NCBI GenBank assembly: GCA_963841735.1
Contig: CAWJDT010000004.1
Span: forward strand, 1 to 64,000
Source of the DNA: an uncultured Actinomycetes bacterium
GTDB taxonomy: Bacteria > Actinomycetota > Thermoleophilia > RBG-16-64-13
DNA length: 64,000 nt
Direction of reading: 5' to 3'
Made by a program: the position numbers and the translations under genes. This document shows positions 1 to 9,735 of the stretch, piece after piece; the first letter of the stretch is position 1; each line of letters opens with the position of its first letter. Under the pieces are notes generated by a model. It saw nothing but the letters and a program-made list of their open reading frames with translations. It had not been told where the DNA came from and searched no databases.

Positions 1-401
1 ACGTGGTCGACGACTACGCTCACCATCCCACTGAACTACGTGCCACACTTTTGGCCGCTCGCGAGGGCAACTGGTCGCGGGTCATAGCGGTGTTCCAGCC
101 CCACTTGTACTCGCGTACCGAGTTTCTTCACGCCGAGTTCGCGGAGGCCCTGCTGGAGGCAGATGTGGCCGTGGTCACCGACGTGTACGGTGCCCGGGAG
201 CAGCCTCGCATGGGAGTGAGTGGCAAGCTGATCGTCGATAGCATGTTGGGGCGCTCTAGGAATAGGAATGTTGCCTATCTGCCGCGGCTGGGGTCCATCG
301 TCGACTACCTTCGGTGCACGGCCGTTCCGGGCGACTTGGTGCTTACACTGGGAGCGGGCGACATCCATCGGGTAGGCGAGCGCTTTCTCGAAAGCTCCTG
401 A
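1..401 (+). CDS. murC: UDP-N-acetylmuramate--L-alanine ligase, 3' part (runs off window start)
   Basis: DDYAHHPTE, VFQPHLYSRT and TLGAGDI motifs of the MurC C-terminal domain; directly upstream of murB. Confidence 0.95.
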   Translation, partial: VVDDYAHHPTELRATLLAAREGNWSRVIAVFQPHLYSRTEFLHAEFAEALLEADVAVVTDVYGAREQPRMGVSGKLIVDSMLGRSRNRNVAYLPRLGSIVDYLRCTAVPGDLVLTLGAGDIHRVGERFLESS

Positions 402-412
402 CGGGTAGTCGC

Positions 413-1402
413 ATGTCTTTGATGTCTTCTCTGAATCGGGAACTGCGTGGTGTCGAGGGGGTGCGCACCTGGACCGGCGCTCCTCTGGCCCCATTTACCA
501 CCATCGGCACTGGGGGCAAGGCCAAGCTGCTTGTGACCATGGCCAACACCGACGCGGTGGTCACCGTGCTCAGCATCCTGCGCGCGCATGACGTGCCCTG
601 GTTCTGCCTGGGGGCGGGGTCTGACCTCTTGATCGCCGACGAGGGCTACGCGGGTGTAGCCGTCAAGTTGGACAAGGGTTTTCAGTATGTGGAGGGCCTG
701 CCCGTTGAGCCGGTGACGGCCTGCGAACCGGTGCTCATCACCGTGGGGGCCGCAGCTTCTCTGGCTCGGCTGGCGGCGATGACGGCGGAGGCTGGTCTGG
801 CCGGTCTGGAGTTCGCGTGCGGCATCCCGGGGTCGGTCGGGGGAGGGGTGGCCTTGAACGCGGGAGCGTACGGCAGTTCGCTCGTGGACGTCGTGCGGGA
901 GGTCGAGGTGGCCGACGCGGAGGGGGTCCGCTGGGTGCCGGCCGGGGACATCTCCTGGGGGTATCGCTGTTGCGGTCTGCCTAGGGGCGTGGTAGTCACC
1001 GCCGCCCGGTTCGAGCTGGTGCCCGGCGACTGCAGCGAGCTTCTGGAATGCCAGCGAACCACTCTGCGCAAGCGGCGTACTATTCAGCCCCAGGGAGTCC
1101 GGACTTTCGGGAGCACGTTCAAAAACCCGGGCGGGGGCGCAGCGGGACGTCTGATCGACGCGGCGGGTCTCAAAGGAGAGCGCTTGGGGGGCGCCGAAGT
1201 ATCCAGCATACACGCCAACTTCGTGGTAAACGTGGGAGAGGCTACTACGTCGGATGTCATTGCCTTGATGTGCCGGATGCGAGAGAGAGTCCACCAGACC
1301 TGCGGGGTCCTCTTGGAACCCGAAGTGAGGTTGGTCGGTGCGGTCTTCCCATGGGAGTCGGCCGGTGCGGACTCTCAGGGGACGTCTACCGCCGATGGAT
1401 GA
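413..1402 (+). CDS. murB: UDP-N-acetylenolpyruvoylglucosamine reductase
   Basis: GLEFACGIPGSVGG, NAGAYG, GSTFKNP, HANFVVN and LEPEV motifs; ATG 413 chosen over the upstream ORF start. Confidence 0.95.
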   Translation: MSLMSSLNRELRGVEGVRTWTGAPLAPFTTIGTGGKAKLLVTMANTDAVVTVLSILRAHDVPWFCLGAGSDLLIADEGYAGVAVKLDKGFQYVEGLPVEPVTACEPVLITVGAAASLARLAAMTAEAGLAGLEFACGIPGSVGGGVALNAGAYGSSLVDVVREVEVADAEGVRWVPAGDISWGYRCCGLPRGVVVTAARFELVPGDCSELLECQRTTLRKRRTIQPQGVRTFGSTFKNPGGGAAGRLIDAAGLKGERLGGAEVSSIHANFVVNVGEATTSDVIALMCRMRERVHQTCGVLLEPEVRLVGAVFPWESAGADSQGTSTADG

Positions 1403-2169
1403 GCGCATCCGCGTCCGGCGGCGCTCGGTCAACCGGCAGCGTGGACGGCGAAGGATGAGCTTCATCTTCCCTTTAGTGGTGCTGCTTTGCGCCGGCGCGG
1501 CGTTCTTGTGGCTGCGTTCCACGGACGTGTTCGCCGTGAGGCAGATAGTCGCGACAGCCACTGAGAGGGTCACTAAGGAGGAGATAGCCCAGGTGGCCTC
1601 TCAGGCGATGGGCGGTAGCCTACTGAAGCTCTCCACGGGGGCGCTGGAAGAAGCCTTTGTGGAGTTGCCCTACGTGCGGTCGGCTGAGGTCCACCGGTGC
1701 TTTCCCGACTCGCTTGAGATCGAATTGGTCGAGTACGAGCCGGTTGCGCGCCTGCAGGACCAGAGTGGTAGCGTCTGGCTGATGTCGGAAACGGGTCGGG
1801 TGCTCGAGGGCACCGATGCCACTTCGTTCTCCCGATCTGCCTCTGGTTGTTCCTGACGGTTCGTTGTCGCTGGCCAAGGGGGAGCAGGTTCCCGATGCGG
1901 TGGCCGCCGCGTTGTCCGTCGCTCCGCTTTTCGCGTCCGGAGAGGTCGGGACGCGGCTGCCCGACCTGGATAGGGTGACCGTGGCCGACGGTGGGTACGT
2001 GACGGTCAAGTTGGTTGGGGGGCCGGAGATCCGCTTGGGCGATCCCACCGAACTCACGCAGAAGCTCACGGCTGCGGCGGATACCCTCGAGGCTTACCTG
2101 CAAAAAGGGCAGGCGCTTGAGTACATCAATGTCATTGTGCCCGAGCGAGCGGCTGTCAAGCCGAAATGA
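1395..2169 (+). CDS. ftsQ: Cell division protein FtsQ/DivIB (one frameshift near 1825-1832)
   Basis: Basic N-terminus, one TM segment, POTRA-like LPYVRSAEVHRCFPDSLEIELVEYEPVA; continues in ORF 1816..2169 ending EYINVIVPERAAVK; lies between murB and ftsZ. Confidence 0.85.
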
Positions 2170-2253
2170 ACGTGATATTGTGCCTGTTGAGGGGTTTTTG
2201 CGAAGAATCAGGATGGAGTCCTGTGATCCTATGATCTTGGAGGTTCAAATACA

Positions 2254-3360
2254 ATGAGCGACACCGGGTCTGGTTACCTTGCGGTGATCAAGGTCGTGGG
2301 AGTAGGTGGGGGCGGTACCAACGCTGTCAACCGCATGGTAGACGCCGGGCTCAAGGGCGTTGAATTCATCGCCATAAACACCGATGCTCAGGCGCTGCTC
2401 ATGTGCGACGCCGATGTGAAGATTCACATAGGCGGCAAGGTCACGAGGGGTCTTGGCGCCGGAGCCAACCCGGAAGTGGGGAGGGAAGCGGCAGAAGAGA
2501 GCCGTGATGATATCCGGGAGGCGCTCAAAGGTGCCGACATGGTGTTTGTGACCGCCGGGAAGGGCGGGGGCACGGGTACCGGGGGCGCACCCATCATCGC
2601 TGAGATCGCCCGTGAGTTGGGGGCTCTCACAGTGGGCGTGGTGACCAAGCCATTTACCTTTGAGGGGCGCAAGCGGTCCACCCAGGCGGAGGCGGGCATA
2701 GCCGCGCTGGCCAAGAAGGTCGACACTCTCATCATCATCCCCAACGATCGCCTGCTGCAGGTGGTCGAGAAGCGGACCTCCATCATCGAGGCATTCAAGG
2801 TGGCCGACGACGTTCTGCGCCAAGGGGTGCAAGGCATCACCGACCTCATCACTGTTCCGGGGCTCATCAACCTCGACTTCGCCGACGTGCGCACAATCAT
2901 GCGGAACGCGGGCTCTGCCCTGATGGGCATCGGCCTCGCCAGCGGCGAGAATCGCGGGGTCGAGGCGGCCAAGTCGGCTATCTCTTCCCCTCTGCTCGAA
3001 GCGTCCATCGAAGGGGCCACCGGGATTCTTCTCAATATCAGTGGCGGGCCTGACATGGGGCTGTTCGAGGTGAACGAAGCGGCAGGGGTCATATCCAACG
3101 CCGCCGACACTGAGGCCAACGTTATCTTCGGTGCCGTTATCGACGAGTCACTTGGCGACCAGATGAGAGTCACGGTCATAGCCACGGGGTTCAACGAGAT
3201 ACGCGAGCCCTCACGTGAGGTAGAAAGCCCGGTGGAGCGGCCGGTAGACCGCCCCCCCATCCCTGCCAAACTGGAAAGCCTGCTTCCGAAGACGGTCCAC
3301 ACTTTCGAGATGGACGACGACGTTCTCGAGATACCGAAATTCCTGCGCAGCAAGGACTAG
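2254..3360 (+). CDS. ftsZ: Cell division protein FtsZ
   Basis: [24 protein letters not shown] tubulin signature, NLDFADV, C-terminal LEIPKFLR; GGAGG RBS. Confidence 0.99.
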   Translation: MSDTGSGYLAVIKVVGVGGGGTNAVNRMVDAGLKGVEFIAINTDAQALLMCDADVKIHIGGKVTRGLGAGANPEVGREAAEESRDDIREALKGADMVFVTAGKGGGTGTGGAPIIAEIARELGALTVGVVTKPFTFEGRKRSTQAEAGIAALAKKVDTLIIIPNDRLLQVVEKRTSIIEAFKVADDVLRQGVQGITDLITVPGLINLDFADVRTIMRNAGSALMGIGLASGENRGVEAAKSAISSPLLEASIEGATGILLNISGGPDMGLFEVNEAAGVISNAADTEANVIFGAVIDESLGDQMRVTVIATGFNEIREPSREVESPVERPVDRPPIPAKLESLLPKTVHTFEMDDDVLEIPKFLRSKD

Positions 3361-3391
3361 GCGCGGCAGGGAGCGACCATCGGAGCGGTTT

Positions 3392-4219
3392 TTGAGCGTC
3401 GGGCCAACGGAGGTGCACGCGGAGATTGAAGGCCGGATCGACCCGGCCGCCCGCTCCCATTTCGTGGCCGGAGTGCTAGCGGAGACGCCGGTTCTCGAAG
3501 TCAGATTGCCCCGTCCGTTTCATGCCTGCTTCACAACCAGGCTTGGTGGCTGCAGCGACGGCCCCTTTTCCTCGATGAACCTGGATCAGCGTTCCGCAGG
3601 ACAAACCTGAGGCGGTATCGCAAAATCGTGATCGGCTGGCGTCGGCTATAGATCGGCGTCTTGTGAGCCCACTCCAGACACACGGTCTCCGAGTGGCGGG
3701 TGCCGCGGAGTACATCGACCGGCCATCGGATACCCCCTGTGACGGACTTACGATTCACCCGGAAATCGATCGCGGTCTAGCCGCCCTGTTGGCCTTTGCC
3801 GACTGTGTGCCGGTTGTGCTTCTGTGGAGAGGTGGACATGGCGGTGGCCCACGGTGGATGGCGGGGCGTGCTTGGCGGCATCGTACAGCAGGCCGGGCGG
3901 GCGATGATCGGCCCTCCGGCGACCGCAGTGATCGGGCCAAGCATCGGACCTTGTTGTTTCACGGTGGGCGAGGAGGTGGCGGCGGCCTTCGCGGTCCGGT
4001 TCGGCTCGCGGGTGGTCAACGCCAGCGCGGGCGTCGCGCGAGTGGATCTGTGGGAGGCCGTCACTATGGCGGTCGTCGAGCTGGGAGTCCCGCGCGGACA
4101 GGTGGTCAATCCCCGGCTGTGCACGGTGTGCAACGCCGATTTGTTCTACTCCTATCGGAAGGAAGGCCCGGTCACCGGCAGGCACGGGTGCCTGGCTTGG
4201 GCTGGCCGATTCCCAGTGA
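3392..4219 (+). CDS. pgeF: Peptidoglycan editing factor PgeF/YfiH/YlmD family (frameshifts near 3597, 3826 and probably 4207)
   Basis: Pieces in successive frames: FTTRLGGCSDGPFSSMNL; QTHG...CDGL...FADCVPVVL; AVAHGGWRG, IGPSIGPCCFTVG, CTVCNADLFYSYRKEGPVTGRH; follows ftsZ. Confidence 0.85.
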
Positions 4220-4904
4220 ATATCCCGGCGGAGCGACTTCGAGCTAACCTAAAGACGGTGGAGCGCCGGATCGACGAAGCCTGCGCCCGAGCTGGGGCGG
4301 ATGCGACCGTCCCCGGCTGCTGGTGGCGTCGAAGTACTGGGATGTTGACGAAATGGCTGCGCTCGCCAGGGCAGGAATCCGGCTGGTGGGGGAGAACAGG
4401 GCAGATGAGCTGGTGATGAAGTGGGAACGTTGGAGCGGGTCGTTCGAGTTCCACTTCGTAGGACATCTGCAGAGTCGAAAGGCGCGGCAGGTGGTGCCCT
4501 ACGTCACCATGGTGCATTCGGTTGAGTCTATGTCGTTGGTCGAGGAGCTGGACCGGCGAGCAGAAGGGGAAGTGAGCGTTTTGCTGGAGGTCAATGTGGG
4601 TGAGGAAGAGACCAAGTATGGTATCCTCCCGGCGGCCGCCGAGACTTTCTTGCAGCGCGCTGCGGCGTATCGTAGGGTCAGATTCGTCGGATTTATGACT
4701 ATGGCTCCCCTGGTAGAGGACCCAGAAGCGGCGAGGCCGTGTTTTAGGGGTCTGCGCGAGCTTAGCGAGCGCCTTGCTGCCAAGTTCGCGGGCCGTTACG
4801 AACTCACCGAACTGTCCATGGGGATGAGCAATGACTTCGAAGTTGCTGTTGAGGAAGGCGCGACCATCGTAAGGTTGGGAAGCGCGCTCTTCTCCACTGT
4901 ATAA
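4216..4904 (+). CDS. yggS: PLP homeostasis protein YggS/YlmE (frameshift near 4305)
   Basis: N-terminus LRANLKTVERRIDEACARAG from GTG 4216, then ASKY, GENR, HFVGHLQSRK, ELSMGMSNDFEVAVEEGATIVRLGSALF. Confidence 0.9.
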
Positions 4905-4914
4905 GGAGGATGGC

Positions 4915-5547
4915 ATGGCAGGCGGGGGTATGTGGCATAAGACACTCGTGTACTTCGGTCTCGCGGATGAAGACTACGAGTACGATGACGACACGATGGG
5001 CGGCCGAATTGACGCGGAGCCTAACTACCGCGAGCCGGCCTACAGGGAGAGGGAGCCTGCTTACCGGGAAGCCCGCGAACCTGCATATCGTGAGCCGGTC
5101 TATCGGGAACGGCAGAACGTCAAGAGACTCGATCGGGAGAGTCGGCGGCGTCAGAGTTCGGATTTCGACGACATCTTCGCTGACGAGGGTAATCGCAATC
5201 AACGAGGGCCGTCTTCGCAACAGCGGGGGGCTTCGGTGCGGTCGCTGCCTACCGCGGTCGAGCAGCCGCAGGTGCGGGTGCATCTGGTCATGCCCAAGAA
5301 CTTCAACGACGCTCAGATCATCGCCGACAAGTACAAGGGCGACATCCCTGTGATCCTCAACCTTCAATCCAGCGAGACCGAGCTGGCCAAGCGGCTTATC
5401 GACTTTGCCAGCGGATTGACGTATGCCCTCGACGGAGGCATGCAGAGGGTGGCCGACAAGGTGTTTCTGCTGACTCCCAAGAACGTAGAGGTGTCGGCTG
5501 AGGAGCGCCAGAGGATGTTGGAGAAAGGCTTCTTCAACCAGTTCTAG
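4915..5547 (+). CDS. sepF: Cell division protein SepF
   Basis: N-terminal amphipathic WHKTLVYFGL, acidic linker, PKNFNDAQIIAD...KRLIDFASGLTYALDGGMQRVADKVFLLTP; AAGGAGG RBS. Confidence 0.95.
   Translation: MAGGGMWHKTLVYFGLADEDYEYDDDTMGGRIDAEPNYREPAYREREPAYREAREPAYREPVYRERQNVKRLDRESRRRQSSDFDDIFADEGNRNQRGPSSQQRGASVRSLPTAVEQPQVRVHLVMPKNFNDAQIIADKYKGDIPVILNLQSSETELAKRLIDFASGLTYALDGGMQRVADKVFLLTPKNVEVSAEERQRMLEKGFFNQF
5026..5112 (+). repeat. Coding tandem repeat (five YRE-based units) in the SepF linker
   Basis: YREPA-YREREPA-YREAREPA-YREPV-YRER with synonymous codon differences between units. Confidence 0.85.
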
Positions 5548-5579
5548 ACGGCCAGGGCTGCGCAGAAACGGGTGAGTAA

Positions 5580-5897
5580 GTGTCACAAGACGGGTCAAGC
5601 AAGATCGATTGCATCGCCGGGACGGCCAAGGGTTTGCTGGCCGTGGCGCTCGAGGGTATAGAGGAAGGGGCTGTGGAGGCCGGGTTGCCTCGCGAGACCG
5701 CCCGAGGGTTTGTTCGACAGACTGCCCTGGGCACTGCGCTTCTGTTGGAGGGGCACCAAGGTTCGCCGGCGGATCTGAAGGACCAGGTGGCATCTCCGGG
5801 AGGCACCACCATCGCCGGTCTGGCCGTTCTGGAAGACCAAGCAGTCCGGGGCGCTTTTATCCGGGCCGTCGAAACGGCGGAGCAGCACAGCGAATAG
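5580..5897 (+). CDS. Stand-alone pyrroline-5-carboxylate reductase dimerisation-domain protein (no Rossmann domain)
   Basis: GAVEAGLPRETA...QTALGTALLL...PADLKDQVASPGGTTIAGLAVLE matches the ProC C-terminal domain; occupies the proC slot between sepF and divIVA. Confidence 0.8.
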   Translation: MSQDGSSKIDCIAGTAKGLLAVALEGIEEGAVEAGLPRETARGFVRQTALGTALLLEGHQGSPADLKDQVASPGGTTIAGLAVLEDQAVRGAFIRAVETAEQHSE

Positions 5898-5948
5898 AGA
5901 CCACGGTCAAGGGCCTCGGGCGGTCGCCTCGAGCGAAGGGAGCGGGAA

Positions 5949-6830
5949 GTGAAGATCACGCCTCTCGATATCCGGCGTAAAGAGTTCAAGCGGTCGGTGC
6001 GCGGGTACACCGACGAAGAAGTGGACATCTTCTTGGATGAGGTCGCCGACGAGTTCGAGCGGCTGTTCCAGGTGAACATGGAGCTCGAGGATAAGGTACA
6101 TCGACTGGAAGAGCAGTCGGCGGGGCTCACGCAGGTGAGGGAAGCGTTGGAGAAGACCCTCATCACCGCTCAGGTGCAGTCCGAGGAAACGAGGGCCAAC
6201 GCCCACAAGGAGAGCGAGCTCATCCTGCGCGACGCTGAGCTCAAGGCCCGGGCTATCGTGCACGATTCCTACAGCGAGACCCAGAACGTGCAACAGGCTC
6301 TTTTTCAGCTGAAGCTCCTGGAGGAAGATTTCCGCTTCAAGTTCCGCTCATTGCTCGAGGGCTATCTGAAGCTGCTGAGCGACGCTACCATCTCCGCCCA
6401 GGCGGCGCAGACCGCGGGGCTCACTGCGTCGGCGAGTGTGTGCGCGCCGGCTTTGCAGGCCGAGCCACAGCCGGAGGGACCGCCTCCCGTGGCGGACGCG
6501 GAGCCCTCGATGAGGGAGGAGCGGCCGTCGCCCGCGCCGCGCGACGACGAGAGTCCCACGGAGGAGAACGAAGCCTTGACCGCGCGCGTAAACGCCGCCA
6601 TGGAAACCTTTACTGCGGCCGAGGCGCGGCGAGGGGCAGATTTCACACCGGACGAAGAGGTCACCGCCGAGACCAGCGCGGCTGCGCAGTTCATGCGGCC
6701 GTTGGCGCGCGTAGCGGCGGAGCCAACGGATCAAGGCTTCTTCTTTGGCGCACAGGCGAAGGATCTCGACGATACGTTCCAGGGCGAGGATGCTGTGAGG
6801 GCCGATAAGACCCGTGACTTCCAGTGGTGA
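5949..6830 (+). CDS. divIVA: DivIVA family protein with long low-complexity C-terminal tail
   Basis: MKITPLDIRRKEFKRSVRGYTDEEVDIFLDEV signature followed by coiled coil. Confidence 0.93.
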   Translation: MKITPLDIRRKEFKRSVRGYTDEEVDIFLDEVADEFERLFQVNMELEDKVHRLEEQSAGLTQVREALEKTLITAQVQSEETRANAHKESELILRDAELKARAIVHDSYSETQNVQQALFQLKLLEEDFRFKFRSLLEGYLKLLSDATISAQAAQTAGLTASASVCAPALQAEPQPEGPPPVADAEPSMREERPSPAPRDDESPTEENEALTARVNAAMETFTAAEARRGADFTPDEEVTAETSAAAQFMRPLARVAAEPTDQGFFFGAQAKDLDDTFQGEDAVRADKTRDFQW

Positions 6831-6831
6831 A

Positions 6832-7173
6832 ATGAGCTCTACGGCCGCGCCGGTCCAGGCTCTGAAGGTTTGGGTCGGGGCGGGCGAGGTCTACGTGGGA
6901 GTGCGCGTCAGCCCGTCTGCCGCACGCGTCGTTGTCCGGGGGGTCTATGGCGACAAGCTCAAAGTGTCGCTCACCGCGCCGCCGGAGGACAATAGGGCCA
7001 ACCATCAGCTTGAAGAGTCGCTTGCGGGTTGGCTGGCGCTGCCGGTGCGCCGGGTGCGTGTGGACGCGGGGCACGGAAGCCGCGATAAGGTGGTAGCCTT
7101 CGCAGGTATAGCAGAGGCTGAATTGCGGCTAAGGCTGGATGTGCTCTTGCAGGGAGTGCGTCCGGGTGGTTAG
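6832..7173 (+). CDS. DUF167/YggU family protein
   Basis: VRVSPSA...LKVSLTAPPEDNRANHQL...GHGSRDKVV pattern. Confidence 0.85.
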   Translation: MSSTAAPVQALKVWVGAGEVYVGVRVSPSAARVVVRGVYGDKLKVSLTAPPEDNRANHQLEESLAGWLALPVRRVRVDAGHGSRDKVVAFAGIAEAELRLRLDVLLQGVRPGG

Positions 7174-7183
7174 GAAAGTATCG

Positions 7184-7543
7184 GTGGATAGAGAAGCTCT
7201 CAAGCAGCGACTTCTTGAAGAGAGGGACCGCGTCAACCAGGAGATCGCCGACCTGGACGCGGATCTTTTGGAATCGCTCGAGGACTCTTCGGGCGAGAGT
7301 CCTTACGATCAGCACATGGCAGAGACGGCTGCGGCCACTTTGGGCCGGGAGATCGATCTTTCCCTGCAGGAGAGCGCTCGGGCTACGGTCGTACAGATCG
7401 ATCAGGCCCTAGAGAAGCTTGAGAACGGCAGTTACGGACTGTGTGACAAGTGCGGGAAGTCCATCAGTGCCGGTCGTTTGGAAGTCTCTCCGGCCGCGAC
7501 TCTCTGCATCGATTGCAAGAGGCTCGACGAGCGGAACCTCTGA
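7184..7543 (+). CDS. TraR/DksA C4-type zinc-finger protein (YteA-like)
   Basis: QIDQALEKLENGSYGLCDKCGKSISAGRLEVSPAATLCIDCK; GTG 7184 after AGGAAAG. Confidence 0.9.
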   Translation: MDREALKQRLLEERDRVNQEIADLDADLLESLEDSSGESPYDQHMAETAAATLGREIDLSLQESARATVVQIDQALEKLENGSYGLCDKCGKSISAGRLEVSPAATLCIDCKRLDERNL

Positions 7544-7559
7544 CGCGAAACCTCCATCG

Positions 7560-8090
7560 GTGAAGTCCCTTTTGTCATCCGTCTCCCCGAGGCGCCGCGT
7601 CGTAGTGAAGTGGTCTCTAATGGCGGGCATAGCCGCGGTGGCGCTCGCTGTCGATCTGGTTACCAAGTACGTTGCTGATCAGCGTCTTCCGTTGGGCGAG
7701 ATGCGGAGGATTCTTCCGTTCTTCTATCTGCAGCGCACCGCCAACGACGGCGTAGCTTTTGGGCTGTTGGGGGGCAAGAGCGCGCTGATAATCGTAGCGA
7801 ATGTGGTGGCGCTCATTGTCGTGGGAGTCTACGTGTACTTCGAGCGGCGCCCGTTTCTTGCGGGGATCGCAGGGGGAGCCATCGTGGGCGGGAGCCTCGG
7901 AAACATGGTTCAGCGTATGAGCGGCGACGGGCACGTCACCGACTTCATGAAGTTTCCTCACTGGCCGAACTTCAACATGGCCGACGTGTTCATCGACGCC
8001 GGCATCGCCGCCGTCTTTCTGGCGCTAGTGGTGGAGGCGGTCCGCATGTGGCGGGCCGGACGCCACAAGGCGGCCTCTCCCAATCGATGA
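7560..8090 (+). CDS. lspA: Lipoprotein signal peptidase II
   Basis: DLVTK, NDGVAFGLL, GGSLGN, GHVTDF, WPNFNMADVFI; lspA-rluD synteny; start approximate. Confidence 0.9.
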   Translation: MKSLLSSVSPRRRVVVKWSLMAGIAAVALAVDLVTKYVADQRLPLGEMRRILPFFYLQRTANDGVAFGLLGGKSALIIVANVVALIVVGVYVYFERRPFLAGIAGGAIVGGSLGNMVQRMSGDGHVTDFMKFPHWPNFNMADVFIDAGIAAVFLALVVEAVRMWRAGRHKAASPNR

Positions 8091-8103
8091 ACGGGCGGCC
8101 GAC

Positions 8104-9021
8104 GTGACCCGGTATGAGTTCACGGTGCCGCCGGAAGATGCCGGAGGGCGATTGGACACGGTTTTGGGGCGCCATGCCGAGATGGGCAGCCGGTCCCGGG
8201 TGGCCGCGCTCATACAGAGCGGGGCCGTCACCGTGGATGCGACTCAGCGGGCCAAGAGCTACCTCTTGGCTGAGGGACAGACGATCACGGTGGAGGTGGC
8301 CGCCGAGGTGCCTTTGCTCTTGGAGCCAGAGAACCTTGAAGTCCCTGTGGCCTACGAGGACGAATGGTTGCTGGTGGCTGACAAGCCGGCCGGGATGGCC
8401 GTTCACCCGTCGCCTGGACACTCCTCGGGCACCCTGGTGCATGGTCTGTTGGGTCATGGGCTGGCTGGTGGGGAGGGGTTTAGACCCGGAGTGGTCCACC
8501 GCCTCGACAAGGACACCAGCGGTCTGCTTGTGGTGGCAAAGTCAGACGAGGTGCATCGTCGCCTAGTGGCGATGATGCGAGAGCGGACAGTGGAGCGTCG
8601 TTACGTCGCTTTGGTGCACGGCAGCTTCGCGGCTGATAGCGGTACCATCGAAGCCCCTATCGGGCGCGATCCGGTGCGGCGCAAGGCGATGGCTATAGGC
8701 GGCAGCGCAGCCCGGGAGGCGCGCACGCACTTCAGGGTGTTGGAGAGATTGGGCGATGTCACCCTGCTTGAGGTGCGTCTGGAGACGGGACGCACCCATC
8801 AGATCCGTGTGCACTTCCTGGCGATCGGTCATCCGGTGGTGGGTGACCCCACTTACGGGCGCCGGGATGCTCTTGGCTTGGGGCGACAGTTCTTGCACAG
8901 TGGGCGATTGACATTTGTCCATCCAATGACCGGGGCAAAGATCGAAGTTGAGTCGCCGCTTCCGGCCGACCTGGCCGCGGTCTTGGCGCATCTGCGCCGG
9001 AGCGCTGCGGTAGACTTCTGA
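8104..9021 (+). CDS. rluD: RluA/RluD family pseudouridine synthase
   Basis: S4-like N-terminus, DKPAGMAVHP, VHRLDKDTSGL, LETGRTHQIRVH, GHPVVGDPTYG. Confidence 0.95.
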   Translation: MTRYEFTVPPEDAGGRLDTVLGRHAEMGSRSRVAALIQSGAVTVDATQRAKSYLLAEGQTITVEVAAEVPLLLEPENLEVPVAYEDEWLLVADKPAGMAVHPSPGHSSGTLVHGLLGHGLAGGEGFRPGVVHRLDKDTSGLLVVAKSDEVHRRLVAMMRERTVERRYVALVHGSFAADSGTIEAPIGRDPVRRKAMAIGGSAAREARTHFRVLERLGDVTLLEVRLETGRTHQIRVHFLAIGHPVVGDPTYGRRDALGLGRQFLHSGRLTFVHPMTGAKIEVESPLPADLAAVLAHLRRSAAVDF

Positions 9022-9022
9022 G

Positions 9023-9718
9023 ATGATGGATGCCATCAGTGACAGCCCGAATGCCGAAGCGGCGAAGCCTGGTGTTATCGCTTTCTTCGACATGGATGGC
9101 ACTCTTGTTCGGGGCCAGACGCCTATGCTTCTCGTGAAGTTCATGAGGAGGGCGGGCCTGGTGAATGTGGTGTTTGTTTTGGGCACAGCGCTCTGGTTCT
9201 TGGCCTACAAGTTCGGACTGGCCAAGCCCACCCGGTGGGTTAGGGAGAGGGCGGCGGGGGTGTTCAAAGGGCGGTCGGTGGAGGAGATCGAAACGGCTAT
9301 GACGCGTTTTGTCCGGGAAGTGCTCGTCCCCAGACTTCACCCCCCGGTGGTCGGGGCCCTGCGCGAGCACGAGGCCAAGGGCGACCGGGTGGTCATCCTG
9401 TCGGCTGCGCTTGAGCCGGTGGTCAAGGCACTCGGTCGCGAACTGGGCGTAGACGCCTATGTCGGGGCGGCTTGCGAGGTGTCGCGTGGGCGATACTCAG
9501 GCCGCATAGATGGACCCATACCGCACGCCAACGAAAAGCCGCGCGTCGCGGCTCGGTTCATGTCGCGCGCGGGGGTGCTGGCAAAGGACTGCTGGGCGTA
9601 TGGGGATCACGAGACCGACCTGCCCCTGCTGCGATGGGTGGGTCATCCGGTCGCGGTGAACCCACGCCCTGCATTGTTGGCGGCGGCCCAGAAGGCCGGC
9701 TGGCCGATACTCGCTTGA
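9023..9718 (+). CDS. HAD-IB family hydrolase (SerB-like)
   Basis: [36 protein letters not shown]. Confidence 0.9.
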   Translation: MMDAISDSPNAEAAKPGVIAFFDMDGTLVRGQTPMLLVKFMRRAGLVNVVFVLGTALWFLAYKFGLAKPTRWVRERAAGVFKGRSVEEIETAMTRFVREVLVPRLHPPVVGALREHEAKGDRVVILSAALEPVVKALGRELGVDAYVGAACEVSRGRYSGRIDGPIPHANEKPRVAARFMSRAGVLAKDCWAYGDHETDLPLLRWVGHPVAVNPRPALLAAAQKAGWPILA

Positions 9719-9735
9719 CAGAAGGAGAAGATCTT

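Noticed and set aside
3600-3612. TGA in pgeF as selenocysteine or readthrough
   Set aside because: Homology continues in another frame (DKPEAVSQNRDRLA), so it is a frameshift, and the position is not a catalytic Cys
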